A stretch of 64,000 nt of DNA, taken from the NCBI GenBank assembly GCA_963827235.1, contig CAWHAE010000012.1:192001-256000 (forward strand), written 5' to 3'. Below, one piece after another: positions 30,501 to 39,512 of the stretch. The stretch is from an uncultured bacterium (GTDB taxonomy: Bacteria > Chloroflexota > UBA5177 > JANWHV01). The translations under genes were made by a program, and so were the position numbers. The notes under the pieces are model-generated. The model worked only from the letters and a program-made list of their open reading frames with translations, had not been told where the DNA came from and did no database searches. The first letter of the stretch is position 1, and every line of letters starts with the position of its first letter.

Positions 30501-31532
30501 GGCAAGCAGCAGATTGCCTACTCGCTCTCTGCCCAGGGACTCGTCCTGGTGCGGACTCTCGTGACAGCCACCGCGCTGATGCCGCGCATGGCGGTGGCGC
30601 CGGCCCAGCTACAGTTCTCTCCGGTCTCGGTAGGCCGGCAAGGCACGCCCTACAGCTTGACGGTCAAGAACACGGGCACGGATACGCTGGATGCTCCCAT
30701 GCTGAGCGCCAGCGGCCAGACCGGCCAGTTCGTCGTGAGCAGCACGGCCTGCCGTCATCCGCTTGCGCCGGAGGCATCGTGCTCCATCACGGTGGCGTTC
30801 GCGCCCAAGACACAGGGCACGCACCGGGCGACGCTTACGCTCAAGAGCACGGCGGGCACCGCGCCGGTGGAGGTCGGCCTGGTCGCCGATGCGGTGCTGC
30901 CGACGGCGACGCCGACCCAAACGCGGACTCCGACCATGACGAGCACCCCGACCCAAACGCGGACGCCGACCGTGACGAGCACCCCGACCCAGACGCGGGC
31001 GCCGACCGTCACGCCGACGGCGACGCGGACTGCCACGCGCATCGCCACTGCCGTGCCTTCGCTCACCAGCACTCCGACGCTTACGCCGCGGCTCACCGCG
31101 ACGGCCGTACCGCCGGCAACCCCTCGATCCGTCTCTGCGACGCCATCGGCAACGCGGGGCACCGGCATCGCCCTCCGGCCCACCGCTACGCCGCCACCGC
31201 TCGTCGTGCGCGTGGACCCCAATCCGGCCACGTTTGGGCAGCAGCGCGTCGGCACCGGCAGCGTGCCCATGCTGCTGCAGATCGATAACACGGGCATGTC
31301 GCCGGTCTACCTGGGGCAGGTGACGATCGCCGGCGCCGACGCCGCGGACTTCCGCATCCAGCGCGATCTCTGCAGCTCGAGCACCGTGGCGCTCGCCCAC
31401 AACGTGCCCTGCAGCCTGTACGTCGTGTTCAAGCCCACCGCGATCGGTCGGCGCAGCGCCACGCTCTACGTGCCCGGAGCGCAGCAGCTCATGGGGACCG
31501 TTGTTCTCGAGGGAACGGCAACGGCGCCCTAA
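27522..31532 (+). CDS. Membrane Hanks-type Ser/Thr kinase-like protein (probable pseudokinase) with multiple ASH/choice-of-anchor D Ig-like domains
   Basis: ALK, HPNIV, DFG, YMAPE, DLFSLG; TM VALPLALVTVVLLLI; repeated N(S/T)G...C...C.(I/V).F.P domains. Confidence 0.85.
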   Translation: MNLRVGSEVGPYKIESVVGAGSIATVYQARHRLHQRLDALKVFHDTLAADPSFQARFYSAAEDLARLKHPNIVQLFDVQAVDSYSLALEFVSGGTLHGLLEQYPQGTVPLPVVLKLMTEAAEALEHAHRNGVVHGELDPGNILLSASGAGNGNAYTAKLGDFGLAQLASGSKVLPKLPSQGSLAYMAPEQLAGEAGDWRGDLFSLGAVLYHLIVGEPLFTAPTWRAAREERLHAEIRPPSDRRDGVPPALDAITLRLLAKQPDERYASADQVAVALRRARLELTKQNRSAATAETVSPAEEPAPAEVPAEPEQDLFASMTANGSWESSIPVSAPEWQALLDDTDGAEAPVPDGTAVGAASSAEARPVEPSVPESASAHPGDAVPAVLLGRSAPSTPAQMYAGLHAAARRQGARGAPPEAAALRPTRPVMPARRRSRFPVWPKVALPLALVTVVLLLIRQQLMPGGPSLSRPPDVSFGARLIGAAPVAERQITFSNSGGGYLTFHLSTAPAGQRSFAVKPLDRQQCGMAAGQQAGRLAAHGDCTLVVTFSPRSAGQATASLQVQSDAGNRLVHLSGSGVDASPARYKAADLVAPARALKAGAGLQVALVNTSVADLSIAASIAGSPDFRLTSGHDRCAILRQGTSCTLGVVFAPSASGSRSGTLVLAEVFSLSGQRTSTTERLDLRGEGVRLEPATGAGTPAGGLLFGRGGVGTSSTRALTLTVAGTTRLPRLTGSITGTKDFTVGAVACTWIGARKAACIVPVRFAPTYDARAASSQVKQTGMLRLADRALGWQYAVALAGGAAWPAATYSGSPAISFAALRVGTASSPSTITVANSGSAPLRVTGITPSIPPGFSLKSDCLGRDVSPGGSCRISVAFAPLRAGPARLSLVVETNDPSPSRRSRAFTLGGTGVNVLAALPALIDLGNVHRNATAGRAVSFTVAGISGDVALARQAGGDGSDYRAGVKCGKADQALIRRCVLTIAFHSLSLEREGKQQIAYSLSAQGLVLVRTLVTATALMPRMAVAPAQLQFSPVSVGRQGTPYSLTVKNTGTDTLDAPMLSASGQTGQFVVSSTACRHPLAPEASCSITVAFAPKTQGTHRATLTLKSTAGTAPVEVGLVADAVLPTATPTQTRTPTMTSTPTQTRTPTVTSTPTQTRAPTVTPTATRTATRIATAVPSLTSTPTLTPRLTATAVPPATPRSVSATPSATRGTGIALRPTATPPPLVVRVDPNPATFGQQRVGTGSVPMLLQIDNTGMSPVYLGQVTIAGADAADFRIQRDLCSSSTVALAHNVPCSLYVVFKPTAIGRRSATLYVPGAQQLMGTVVLEGTATAP
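30900..31030. repeat. Coding 36-bp tandem repeats (TSTPTQTRTPTV)
   Basis: GACGAGCACCCCGACCCA(A/G)ACGCGG repeated. Confidence 0.8.
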
Positions 31533-31658
31533 ACCGATTTTGCGCCGGCAGCCACGCGCTTCCTCACCGGTGTGCGTTTCGTGTCAACGGCCCGACATAA
31601 CTGACCGGTAACGCGCTTCGTCGCCATGTCGATGCGCCTGAAGCCCCGCGCTGAAGGG

Positions 31659-33160
31659 CTTAAGATTGCCCACAAATCGGCAGGTACGGCATGGGGTGGT
31701 AGGGTAGAGAGAAAGCGGGAGGTACCGAGCACGGGGAGGCAAGGGACGATGCGGGCGGCGGAGTGGGCGATCGAGGAGTTTGGCGGCGCAGCGCTGGGGG
31801 ATTTGCGGCGGACGGACCGGTTGGTCGAGCTGGCCAGTGTGCTCGGGGAGCGGCCGGCGGCCTCGCTGCCCGAGGCCGGCGGGGATGGGGCACAACTCAA
31901 GGCGGCGTACCGGCTGCTGGAGAACGAGGCGGTGCAGCCAGCGGCGATGCTGGCCAGCCACGTCCAGCAGACGCTGGAGCGTCTGGAGGGGGTCCCGCGG
32001 GTGCTGGCGGTGCAGGACACCACGACGTTGGACTACTCGCACCATCCGGCCACACGGGACTTGGGGTACATCGGCGATGGCTACGGCTACGGCTACGGGC
32101 TGCTGGTGCACAGCACGCTGGCGGTGGCACCGGACGGCGTGCCGGTCGGGCTCTTGGCGCAAGAGGACTGGGTGCGGGAGGCGGGCAGCAAGGGGAAGAA
32201 GCACCAGCGCAAGCAGCGGCCGATCGGCGAGAAGGAGAGCCAGAAGTGGCTGACGGGCCTGGCGCGCCTGAATGCCCTGGCCGTGCAGTGCCCGCAGACC
32301 CAGTTCGTCAGCGTGGCTGACCGCGAGGCGGACGTCTTCGAGCTCTTCGGTGCCGAGCGCGCGCCCAACGTGGATCTGCTGGTGCGGGCCAGCTACGACC
32401 GTCGGGTGGACGCGGCGGTGGGCCACCTGCGGGCCAGCCTGGCCGCGCAGCCGGTCGGCAGCACCCGGCAGGTGGTGGTGCAACGCCAGGATGGTCGCCC
32501 GGCCCGGACGGCCACGCTGCAGGTCCGGTGGCAGCAGTTGACCTTCCCGGCGCCCAAGCGGCGCGCCGGCAGCACCTTGACGCCGGTGACGCTCTGGGTC
32601 CTGTGGGCGCATGAAGACCAGCCGCCGCCGGATGTGGCGCCGCTGGACTGGCTGCTGCTGACCACGCTACCCCTCCCCGACGGGGCAGCGGCGGCCGGGC
32701 TGCTGGACGACTACGCCTGCCGCTGGGTGATCGAGCGCTGGCACTTCGTGCTCAAGAGCGGCTGTGCCCTGGAGGCCCGCCAACTGGAGAGCCGGGCCGC
32801 CCTGCAGCGCGCCCTGGCCCTCTTCAGCGTGATCGCCTGGAAGGTGCTCTCGGCCACCCTGCTGGCCCGCAGCCACCCCGACCAGCCCTGTACCGTGCTG
32901 CTGGCCCCCGCGGAGTGGCAGGCTCTCTACTGCGCCATCCACAAGACCACCACCCTGCCCGCCTCCCCACCGACCCTGGCCCAGGCCGTCCGCTGGATTG
33001 CCCAACTCGGCGGCTTTATCGGCCGCACGAGCGATGGCCAGCCCGGACCCAAGGTGCTCTGGCGCGGCTTCCAGTACCTCTCGCACCTCGTCGACCTCTA
33101 CACGCTGTTCGCTCCCCAGACCGCTCATTTGCCGGCTCGCTAAATGTGGGCAATGATAAG
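31659..33160 (+). mobile_element. IS4-family insertion sequence (1502 bp), complete
   Basis: Terminal IRs CTTAAGATTGCCCACA / CTTATCATTGCCCACA (rc); 10-bp target duplication CGCTGAAGGG at 31649-31658 and 33161-33170. Confidence 0.93.
31749..33143 (+). CDS. IS4-family (IS50/Tn5-like) DDE transposase
   Basis: LGDLRRTDRL, QDTT, EKESQKW, ADREAD, Y..RW.IE.WH..LKSG, LGGF...PG...WRG. Confidence 0.96.
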   Translation: MRAAEWAIEEFGGAALGDLRRTDRLVELASVLGERPAASLPEAGGDGAQLKAAYRLLENEAVQPAAMLASHVQQTLERLEGVPRVLAVQDTTTLDYSHHPATRDLGYIGDGYGYGYGLLVHSTLAVAPDGVPVGLLAQEDWVREAGSKGKKHQRKQRPIGEKESQKWLTGLARLNALAVQCPQTQFVSVADREADVFELFGAERAPNVDLLVRASYDRRVDAAVGHLRASLAAQPVGSTRQVVVQRQDGRPARTATLQVRWQQLTFPAPKRRAGSTLTPVTLWVLWAHEDQPPPDVAPLDWLLLTTLPLPDGAAAAGLLDDYACRWVIERWHFVLKSGCALEARQLESRAALQRALALFSVIAWKVLSATLLARSHPDQPCTVLLAPAEWQALYCAIHKTTTLPASPPTLAQAVRWIAQLGGFIGRTSDGQPGPKVLWRGFQYLSHLVDLYTLFAPQTAHLPAR

Positions 33161-33317
33161 CGCTGAAGGGCGGGGAGGCTCAAGGCTCGCCAAGCGTGGG
33201 CTTCGGCCCGCCCGTCCCCAACGCTCAGCCTGTGTCCCGCCTATCTGAATCGTGTTGCGCTTCAGCCCGCGTGCCTCCGGACACCGGCAACGACGTGGCG
33301 CGTGCTTGCCCGGACGC

Positions 33318-34046
33318 TCAGCCGGCGGACTGGCAGCTCCCTGCGGGCCCCTTACAGGTCCACGTCTTGCCCGGGACCTGGGCGAAGCGGGCTGGGGCGG
33401 AGGAGGGGATTCTGCCGTTCGATACGGTGACCCACTTGCCCAGCACCTTGAGCTGGAGCACGAATCCCGGTAGAGGCGCCGCCACGGCGGCACCGGCAGG
33501 CTGCACCGTGATGGTGCCACCGGCGGCCACTGCTACGCGCGCGTTCGCAGGGGCTTGCGTGAAGCTGCCCTCGCCGACCAGGATGGACTGCCCTGCGAAC
33601 CGGGCCGCGAAGGCCAGCCGCAGTCTCGGCACGACCGCGTACTGGGGAACGCCGTCCAGCTTGACGGTCAGGCGGGTCGCATTCGAGGGCACCAGGCTTC
33701 CCCTGCCCTCAATGGTGGCCAGCGTGTCCGCGTACGATACCGGCTGAACGGAGAGCGTTACCGGACCGCTCTGCCCGATCACCGTCGGAAGGTAGGACAG
33801 ACTGCCGTCAGGGCGCAGAACGGCTATGACCGGCAGGCGCGTCAGGTTTGAGACCACGACGCGGCCGCCCAGGGTGCGGCCCAGGTTGGGGTTGACCACC
33901 ACGGCCAGGCAGCCGCGAGTCTGCGCGCACGCCGGCAGGTCACCCGCACGGGCGGGGACGCTCGCCCGGGTGAGGGCAGCGGGAAGCACGACCATCCCGA
34001 TCAGCGCGGCCCACGCGGCCGAGCGAAGCAAAGAACGTGCGCTCAT
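33318..34046 (-). CDS. Secreted hypothetical protein
   Basis: GGAGG RBS; signal peptide-like MSARSLLRSAAWAALIGMVV; Cys pairs at both ends. Confidence 0.65.
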   Translation of the reverse strand: MSARSLLRSAAWAALIGMVVLPAALTRASVPARAGDLPACAQTRGCLAVVVNPNLGRTLGGRVVVSNLTRLPVIAVLRPDGSLSYLPTVIGQSGPVTLSVQPVSYADTLATIEGRGSLVPSNATRLTVKLDGVPQYAVVPRLRLAFAARFAGQSILVGEGSFTQAPANARVAVAAGGTITVQPAGAAVAAPLPGFVLQLKVLGKWVTVSNGRIPSSAPARFAQVPGKTWTCKGPAGSCQSAG

Positions 34047-34221
34047 CGCGCCTCCAAGAGATGCCGCTCTGGTGTCACGGCTTCTATGAGCGGCTGCCCC
34101 AATTTGCGCCACTTCCACTCGTGCGCCAACCCGGCCTCGCTCCCATGCAGAGTCTAGCATTGCCCGCGCGGGGCTGTCGATGACCTGCACCGGCTAGTGC
34201 TCGTAGCGGTTGCTGCGATGA

Positions 34222-34965
34222 TCAAGTCAGCGCGTGCTGACCTGCGGGCTGCCTCGGCAGGAACACCCGCCGTATGAACTCGCGCTCGGGGACGTCGCGC
34301 TGCTCGAACGCCCGCAGCAGCTCCGTGTCATCGTAGGCCGCGGCATGGTGCGCCACGGTGTAGCAGCCGTGGCCGTCCAGGTCCACTGTGGCAAACCGGG
34401 CCACGGGCGCGCTGAAGCAGCCGAGCGAGCCCGGGTTGACGTAGCGGGCGCGCCCCTTCACGTCGGAGGCCTCGTGATTATGACCGTAGAAGATGAGCGC
34501 GGCCTGCAAAGGCTGGAAGAGCGCCTCCAGCGTCGCCGGGTCGGGCTCGACGACGAGCGGCGCGAAACCGCGTGCCGAGGCATCCAGGCCATAGTGCAGA
34601 AAGGCGCAAGCGGCACCCGCCAGCTCCTCTTCGAGACAATACGGCCAGCAGGCAATCTCGGCACGCAGGGCGGGATCGAGCATCGCGTGCACCCAGCGCT
34701 GGTGTTCTACCTCGCCTTCGCTCAGCCAGAGCGGCTGCGGCTGAGCGAGGCCGAAGGCGAACCAGGCGTCATGATTGCCCATCACACAGCGTATGCGCGG
34801 AGTGTGGTGCAGCAGGCGGTCGAGACACTCGGCAGGGTACGGTCCGATGGCAATGGCATCGCCCGTATGGTAGATCGCATCGCAGCCCAGGCGCGCGATG
34901 GCTGCCAGGGCCGCTTCCAGGGCGGGCAGATTGCCGTGAACGTCCGTGAAGACGGCGATCCGCAT
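34222..34965 (-). CDS. Metallophosphoesterase (calcineurin-like)
   Basis: TDVHGN, TGD, GNHD, GHNH, NPGS. Confidence 0.92.
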   Translation of the reverse strand: MRIAVFTDVHGNLPALEAALAAIARLGCDAIYHTGDAIAIGPYPAECLDRLLHHTPRIRCVMGNHDAWFAFGLAQPQPLWLSEGEVEHQRWVHAMLDPALRAEIACWPYCLEEELAGAACAFLHYGLDASARGFAPLVVEPDPATLEALFQPLQAALIFYGHNHEASDVKGRARYVNPGSLGCFSAPVARFATVDLDGHGCYTVAHHAAAYDDTELLRAFEQRDVPEREFIRRVFLPRQPAGQHALT

Positions 34966-35029
34966 CGCATGCATCCTCTGCTCAATCCCGAGACGCCGGC
35001 CTCAGCCGCCGGCGGCCGGCACCTGCGGG

Positions 35030-36658
35030 CTAGATTTCCTCCGGTACCATGCGAATGGCGCCGCATGGGCACTCCTGCGCGCACATGCCGCATCCCTTGC
35101 AGAAATCGTAATTGAAGGCGAAGCGCTTGCCATGGCCCAGCTTGATCACCGCGTTGTCGGGACAGCAGCCGAAGCAGTTGTCGCATTCAAAGCAGTTGCC
35201 GCACGAAAGGCAGCGGCGGGCCTCGTAGAGGGCATTCGACTCGTCGAGTCCGCCGGTCACTTCCTCGAAGGTCGTGCGCCGCCGGATCATGTCCAGCTCC
35301 GGCTGCACGGTCTGCGGGGCGTCGGTGTAGTACCACGTGTTGAGCTTGTCGAAGGACGCGAGCTCCAGCTTGGCCGGCTCCTCATAGGTCGCACCGTGCA
35401 GGTAGGCGTCGATGCAGCGGGCGGCCCGCTTGCCGTGGCCCACGCTGGCCGTGATCGTGCGCTCGCCCGGCACCATATCGCCGCCGGCGAAGATGCCCGG
35501 GTAGCCGGTCATGAGCTGGCCGTCGACCTCGACCACGCCGTCTCTGCTGTATTTCACGCCGGGAATGCGCTGCACTACGCCGGAGTCGACGTCCTGGCCG
35601 AGGGCCAACACCAGGCTGTCGCCGGCGATGGTTTCGAACTCGCCGGTAGGCTGGGGCCAGCCGTGCTCGTCGAGCACCATCTTCTCGATGGTGAGACTGC
35701 CCTCGTCCATCTGCTTCACCGTGCTGAGCCAGCGCACCGTCACGCCTTCCTCGAGCGCTTCCTGCACCTCGAAATCGTGCGCGGGCATGTGCTCCCGGTT
35801 ACGCCGGTACACGATGACCGCTTCCGCCCCGAGCCGTTGCGCCGTACGAGCGGCATCCAGCGCCGTGTTGCCTCCGCCGTACACGATGACCCGGCGCCCA
35901 AGCTGCATTGGCTCCTGATCGGTTTCGACATCGCGCAACATGGTGACGGCGTCCAGGATCCGGCTGGCATCCGGCGTTGGGATGTCGATGCGCTTGGCCA
36001 GATGGGCGCCGATGGCGACGAAGCACGCATCGTAGCCTCCTGCCTTCATGGCAATCGGAATGTCCGCCACCTTGGCCGCGGAAATCAACGTCACGCCAAG
36101 GTCGCGCATGCGCTGAATCTCCGCGTCCAGGACCTCACGTGGCAGACGGTAGGCCGGGATGCCGTAGCGCATCATGCCGCCCGGCTCTTTCTCGGCGTCC
36201 ACGATCGTGACCGAGTGACCCATGCGAGCCAGATGGTAGGCGGCTGCCAGGCCGCTGGGGCCTGCCCCGATCACCAGAATCTTCTTGCCGGATGGCGGCG
36301 CCGTGACCTCGACGTTCCAGCCTTCCGAGATCGCCAGGTCGCCCAGGAATCGCTCGACGGCGTGGATGTCCACTGCCGTGTCCAGTTGCGCCCGGTTGCA
36401 CACCCCTTCGCAGGTGTGGTAGCAGGCACGGCCCATCACCGCCGGCATCGGGTTATCCCGCATGATCTGTTCCCAGGCGGCCCGGTAGTCGCCTTCCTCG
36501 GCGTGGTACAGCCAGGTCTGGATGTTCTCACCCGCCGGGCAAACATTGCTGCAGGGGGGCAGTCGATCCACGTAGACAGGCCTGTTGGTTCGCCAGGCGC
36601 CGGTGCGGTTGGCAAGGCTGGTGCCGACGTCCAGAGTGGTCGCGAAAGGTCTAGTCAT
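35030..36658 (-). CDS. GltD-like FAD/NAD(P) Fe-S flavoprotein with C-terminal 2x[4Fe-4S] (PorD-like) domain
   Basis: PCSNVCP, GAGPSG, GGGNTA, CLSCGNCFECDNC, CKGCGMCAQECP. Confidence 0.9.
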   Translation of the reverse strand: MTRPFATTLDVGTSLANRTGAWRTNRPVYVDRLPPCSNVCPAGENIQTWLYHAEEGDYRAAWEQIMRDNPMPAVMGRACYHTCEGVCNRAQLDTAVDIHAVERFLGDLAISEGWNVEVTAPPSGKKILVIGAGPSGLAAAYHLARMGHSVTIVDAEKEPGGMMRYGIPAYRLPREVLDAEIQRMRDLGVTLISAAKVADIPIAMKAGGYDACFVAIGAHLAKRIDIPTPDASRILDAVTMLRDVETDQEPMQLGRRVIVYGGGNTALDAARTAQRLGAEAVIVYRRNREHMPAHDFEVQEALEEGVTVRWLSTVKQMDEGSLTIEKMVLDEHGWPQPTGEFETIAGDSLVLALGQDVDSGVVQRIPGVKYSRDGVVEVDGQLMTGYPGIFAGGDMVPGERTITASVGHGKRAARCIDAYLHGATYEEPAKLELASFDKLNTWYYTDAPQTVQPELDMIRRRTTFEEVTGGLDESNALYEARRCLSCGNCFECDNCFGCCPDNAVIKLGHGKRFAFNYDFCKGCGMCAQECPCGAIRMVPEEI

Positions 36659-37670
36659 TGGCGCTCTCCAGCGGTCGCAGAAGGTCGTAACGCGCGATAT
36701 TCCGGTTGGCGATGCGCTGCAGGGCGGCGAGAGTCTGCTCGGCCTGTTTCCCTCCCTTGAAGAGGTGGGCAAAGCGCTTCTGCACCTGCAGATAGTCGCT
36801 CACCGGCATCTGGCGGCGGATCGGGGTGCTCTTGGTCACTACGCCGTACTCGGCTTCGAACAGGGGGAACACGCCGCACTGCTGGGCCAGCCGGGCTACT
36901 CGGATAGTGTCTTTCGGGTCGGTGCCCCAGCCGAGCGGGCAGGGAACCAGAATCTGGATGTACCGAGCGCCTGTGAAGTCCATGGCTCGGGCCACTTTCC
37001 CTTCCAGGTCGTGGAGGTCGGCCACGCTTGCCGTGGCAACGTAGGGGATGCCGTGCGCCATGGCGATACGCGGCACGTCCTTGCCGGCGTGGAAGGCGTT
37101 ACCCGGTTCGCTGCCCACCGTGGGCGTCGTGGCGGTCCAGGCCGCGGGCGGCGTGGCGCTCGATCGCTGCGCGCCGGTGTTCATGTAGCCCTGGTTGTCG
37201 TAGCAGATATACAGCACGTCGTCGTTGCGCTCGAACATGCCCGAAAGGCAGCCGAAGCCGATGTCCGTCGTGCCGCCGTCGCCGCCCTGGGCGATCACAC
37301 GGATATGCGAGCGGCCGCTGACGCGCAGTGCAGCCGCCACACCCGAGGCGACCGCCGCGGCATTGCCGAACAGCGAGTGCAGCCACGGCAGCTGCCACGA
37401 AGTCTCCGGATAGGGAGTCGTGAATACCTCCAGGCAGCCGGTGGCATTGACGGCTACGAGCTGGTTGTTCGTGGCGCGCATGGCCGCGTCCAGCGCGTAG
37501 CGCGCACCGAGCGCCTCACCGCAACCCTGGCACGCCCGATGGCCGGAGGTGATCGCGTTCGTGCGATTCATCGACGCCTGCACCGTCCTGCTCGCCTGGT
37601 CGATCAGGCGGTTGCCGACCGTGAGGGTACCCTTCTGGTAGAACTTGACCCGCTGGGCTGCTTCGCTCAT
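36651..37670 (-). CDS. porB: Pyruvate/2-oxoacid:ferredoxin oxidoreductase beta subunit
   Basis: GHRACQGC, GGDGG, DNQGYMNTG, VPCP. Confidence 0.93.
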   Translation of the reverse strand: MSEAAQRVKFYQKGTLTVGNRLIDQASRTVQASMNRTNAITSGHRACQGCGEALGARYALDAAMRATNNQLVAVNATGCLEVFTTPYPETSWQLPWLHSLFGNAAAVASGVAAALRVSGRSHIRVIAQGGDGGTTDIGFGCLSGMFERNDDVLYICYDNQGYMNTGAQRSSATPPAAWTATTPTVGSEPGNAFHAGKDVPRIAMAHGIPYVATASVADLHDLEGKVARAMDFTGARYIQILVPCPLGWGTDPKDTIRVARLAQQCGVFPLFEAEYGVVTKSTPIRRQMPVSDYLQVQKRFAHLFKGGKQAEQTLAALQRIANRNIARYDLLRPLESAND

Positions 37671-37680
37671 CGCTCTTTCC

Positions 37681-38934
37681 TCACTTGCCCTTCGCGGTCG
37701 CGGTGCTCAAGTCCCGCAAGATGCTCTCGGCGATCGGCCCAGAGCGGCGCTTGCCGTGGATGCGTGCGATCTCGCGGTTGACGACGTCCCAGTTCAAGTC
37801 CAGGAACGTCACGTCCTCGAGCCCATCCTGCTCCGCTTGCTCGAAGAGGCCGCGCAGCGATGCTTTGGTGATCGGACGGCCACCCAAGCCGGCGATGGTG
37901 GTGAAGACGGGGATGCTGCTGCCGCGCAGCGCCATACGCACGTTGGATGCAAGCGTGCCGCCGAGGCCGACCGCCAGGCTCTTCTCCACGACGACGATGC
38001 GCTTCGCGTGGGCCAGCGCCTCTCGCATCTCCTGTAGCGGAAATGGACGGAAGGTCGTGAGGACCACGGAGCCGATGGCATGGCCGTCATCGCGCATCTC
38101 GTCGATCACGTCCTTGATTGTGCCGTTCACCGAGCCCATGGCCACGACCAGCGTGTCGGCGCTTTCAGTGCGGTAGCTGTGCATGAGGCCGCCCGATGCG
38201 CGACCAAACTGCACCTCGAACTCGGCTGCTAGGGCCGGAATCACCGACAGCGCCTCGATCTGCTTGTAGTGCGCGAGGTAGCGCACTTCGCTGAACGCGT
38301 CGGGCCCGACCATGGCGCCGATCGAGACCGGCTCCGCGGGATCCAGAACCTGGGCCGGCACGAACGGCGGCAGAAAGGCGTCGACCTGCTGCTGGCTGGG
38401 CAGCTCCAGCCGCTCGAAAGCGTGCGTCAAGATGAAGCCGTCCACGCAGACCATCACCGGGCAGCTCAGTTGTTCGGCCAAGCGGAAGGCCTGGATGTGG
38501 ATGTCGATTGCTTCCTGATTGTCCTCCGCGAAGAGCATGATCCAGCCGGCGTCGCGCATCGACATGGCGTCGCTGTGGTCGTTCCAGATGTTGATCGGTG
38601 CGCCGATGGCGCGTGTGCCCAGGGTCATCACGATCGGCAGCCCGAGTCCGCTGGCGTTGTAGACGGCCTCGGCCATGAACAGCAGGCCCTGGCTCGACGT
38701 CGCGGTATACGAGCGAGCGCCCGTTGCAGACGACCCGATCGCCACGCTGAGAGCGGCGAACTCCGATTCCACATTGATGAAGGCGCAGTTGGACAGCGTC
38801 CCTTCCCTGACGAGCTCGCTCAAGCCTTCGACGATGTGGGTCTGCGGCGTGATCGGGTACGCGCAGATTACCTGGGGCCGGCACAGAGCGATCACCTGCG
38901 CCATGGCGCGAGAGCCTTCGATTTGCTTCAGCAT
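37681..38934 (-). CDS. porA: Pyruvate/2-oxoacid:ferredoxin oxidoreductase alpha subunit
   Basis: AYPITPQT, VESEF, TATSSQGL, NIWNDHSD, GLGGR. Confidence 0.93.
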   Translation of the reverse strand: MLKQIEGSRAMAQVIALCRPQVICAYPITPQTHIVEGLSELVREGTLSNCAFINVESEFAALSVAIGSSATGARSYTATSSQGLLFMAEAVYNASGLGLPIVMTLGTRAIGAPINIWNDHSDAMSMRDAGWIMLFAEDNQEAIDIHIQAFRLAEQLSCPVMVCVDGFILTHAFERLELPSQQQVDAFLPPFVPAQVLDPAEPVSIGAMVGPDAFSEVRYLAHYKQIEALSVIPALAAEFEVQFGRASGGLMHSYRTESADTLVVAMGSVNGTIKDVIDEMRDDGHAIGSVVLTTFRPFPLQEMREALAHAKRIVVVEKSLAVGLGGTLASNVRMALRGSSIPVFTTIAGLGGRPITKASLRGLFEQAEQDGLEDVTFLDLNWDVVNREIARIHGKRRSGPIAESILRDLSTATAKGK

Positions 38935-39512
38935 GCCGCCGCCTCCTTTGCCCCCGCGCCCGCCACGTCCTCGAAGGCCGCGGCGGCAGCGTCGCTGTTC
39001 AGCTCACCCACCCTGCCTGGGAACCGCTCGCGCAGCGCCGCGCGCACCGACTCCAGGCCAATCACTCCAGTCATCGCCGCCAGAGCTCCCAGCAACGTTG
39101 CGTTGGGGATTGGCCGGCCCGTGTGGGCCAGTGCCAGCTCGGTGGCCGCCACGTTCTTCACGTGACCATGCGGGAATCCCGCCACGAACTCGGCGATGCC
39201 CAGCGTGGCGAAGCTCTTGGAGGAGTTGACCAGCAGGTAGCCGTCGCTTGCTAGACCCTGCAGCACGTCCAGCGAGCTGAATAGCGTCGGATCTTGAATG
39301 ACCAGTGCATCCGGCTGCATCACCGGCTCTCGCGTTCGGATAGGCTTGTCGTCAATGCGGCAAAAGGCCACCACGGGCGCACCCATGCGCTCGGACCCGA
39401 AGCTGGGAAAGGCCTGAGCGTACTTGCCTTCCATGAACGCGGCGATCGACAGCAGTTCGGCGGCCGTGACGACGCCCTGTCCACCCCTTCCGTGCACTCG
39501 AATCTGAAACAT
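38928..39512 (-). CDS. porC: Pyruvate/2-oxoacid:ferredoxin oxidoreductase gamma subunit
   Basis: IRVHGRGGQGVVT, FGSERMGAPV. Confidence 0.92.
   Translation of the reverse strand: MFQIRVHGRGGQGVVTAAELLSIAAFMEGKYAQAFPSFGSERMGAPVVAFCRIDDKPIRTREPVMQPDALVIQDPTLFSSLDVLQGLASDGYLLVNSSKSFATLGIAEFVAGFPHGHVKNVAATELALAHTGRPIPNATLLGALAAMTGVIGLESVRAALRERFPGRVGELNSDAAAAAFEDVAGAGAKEAAAC

Noticed and set aside
25740-31200. Tandem repeats as a possible CRISPR array
   Set aside because: In-frame Pro/Thr linker repeats without unique spacers; no cas genes in the window.
32079-32099. GGCTAC x3 in the transposase (GYGYGYG)
   Set aside because: In-frame microsatellite, probably slippage; no evidence of function.
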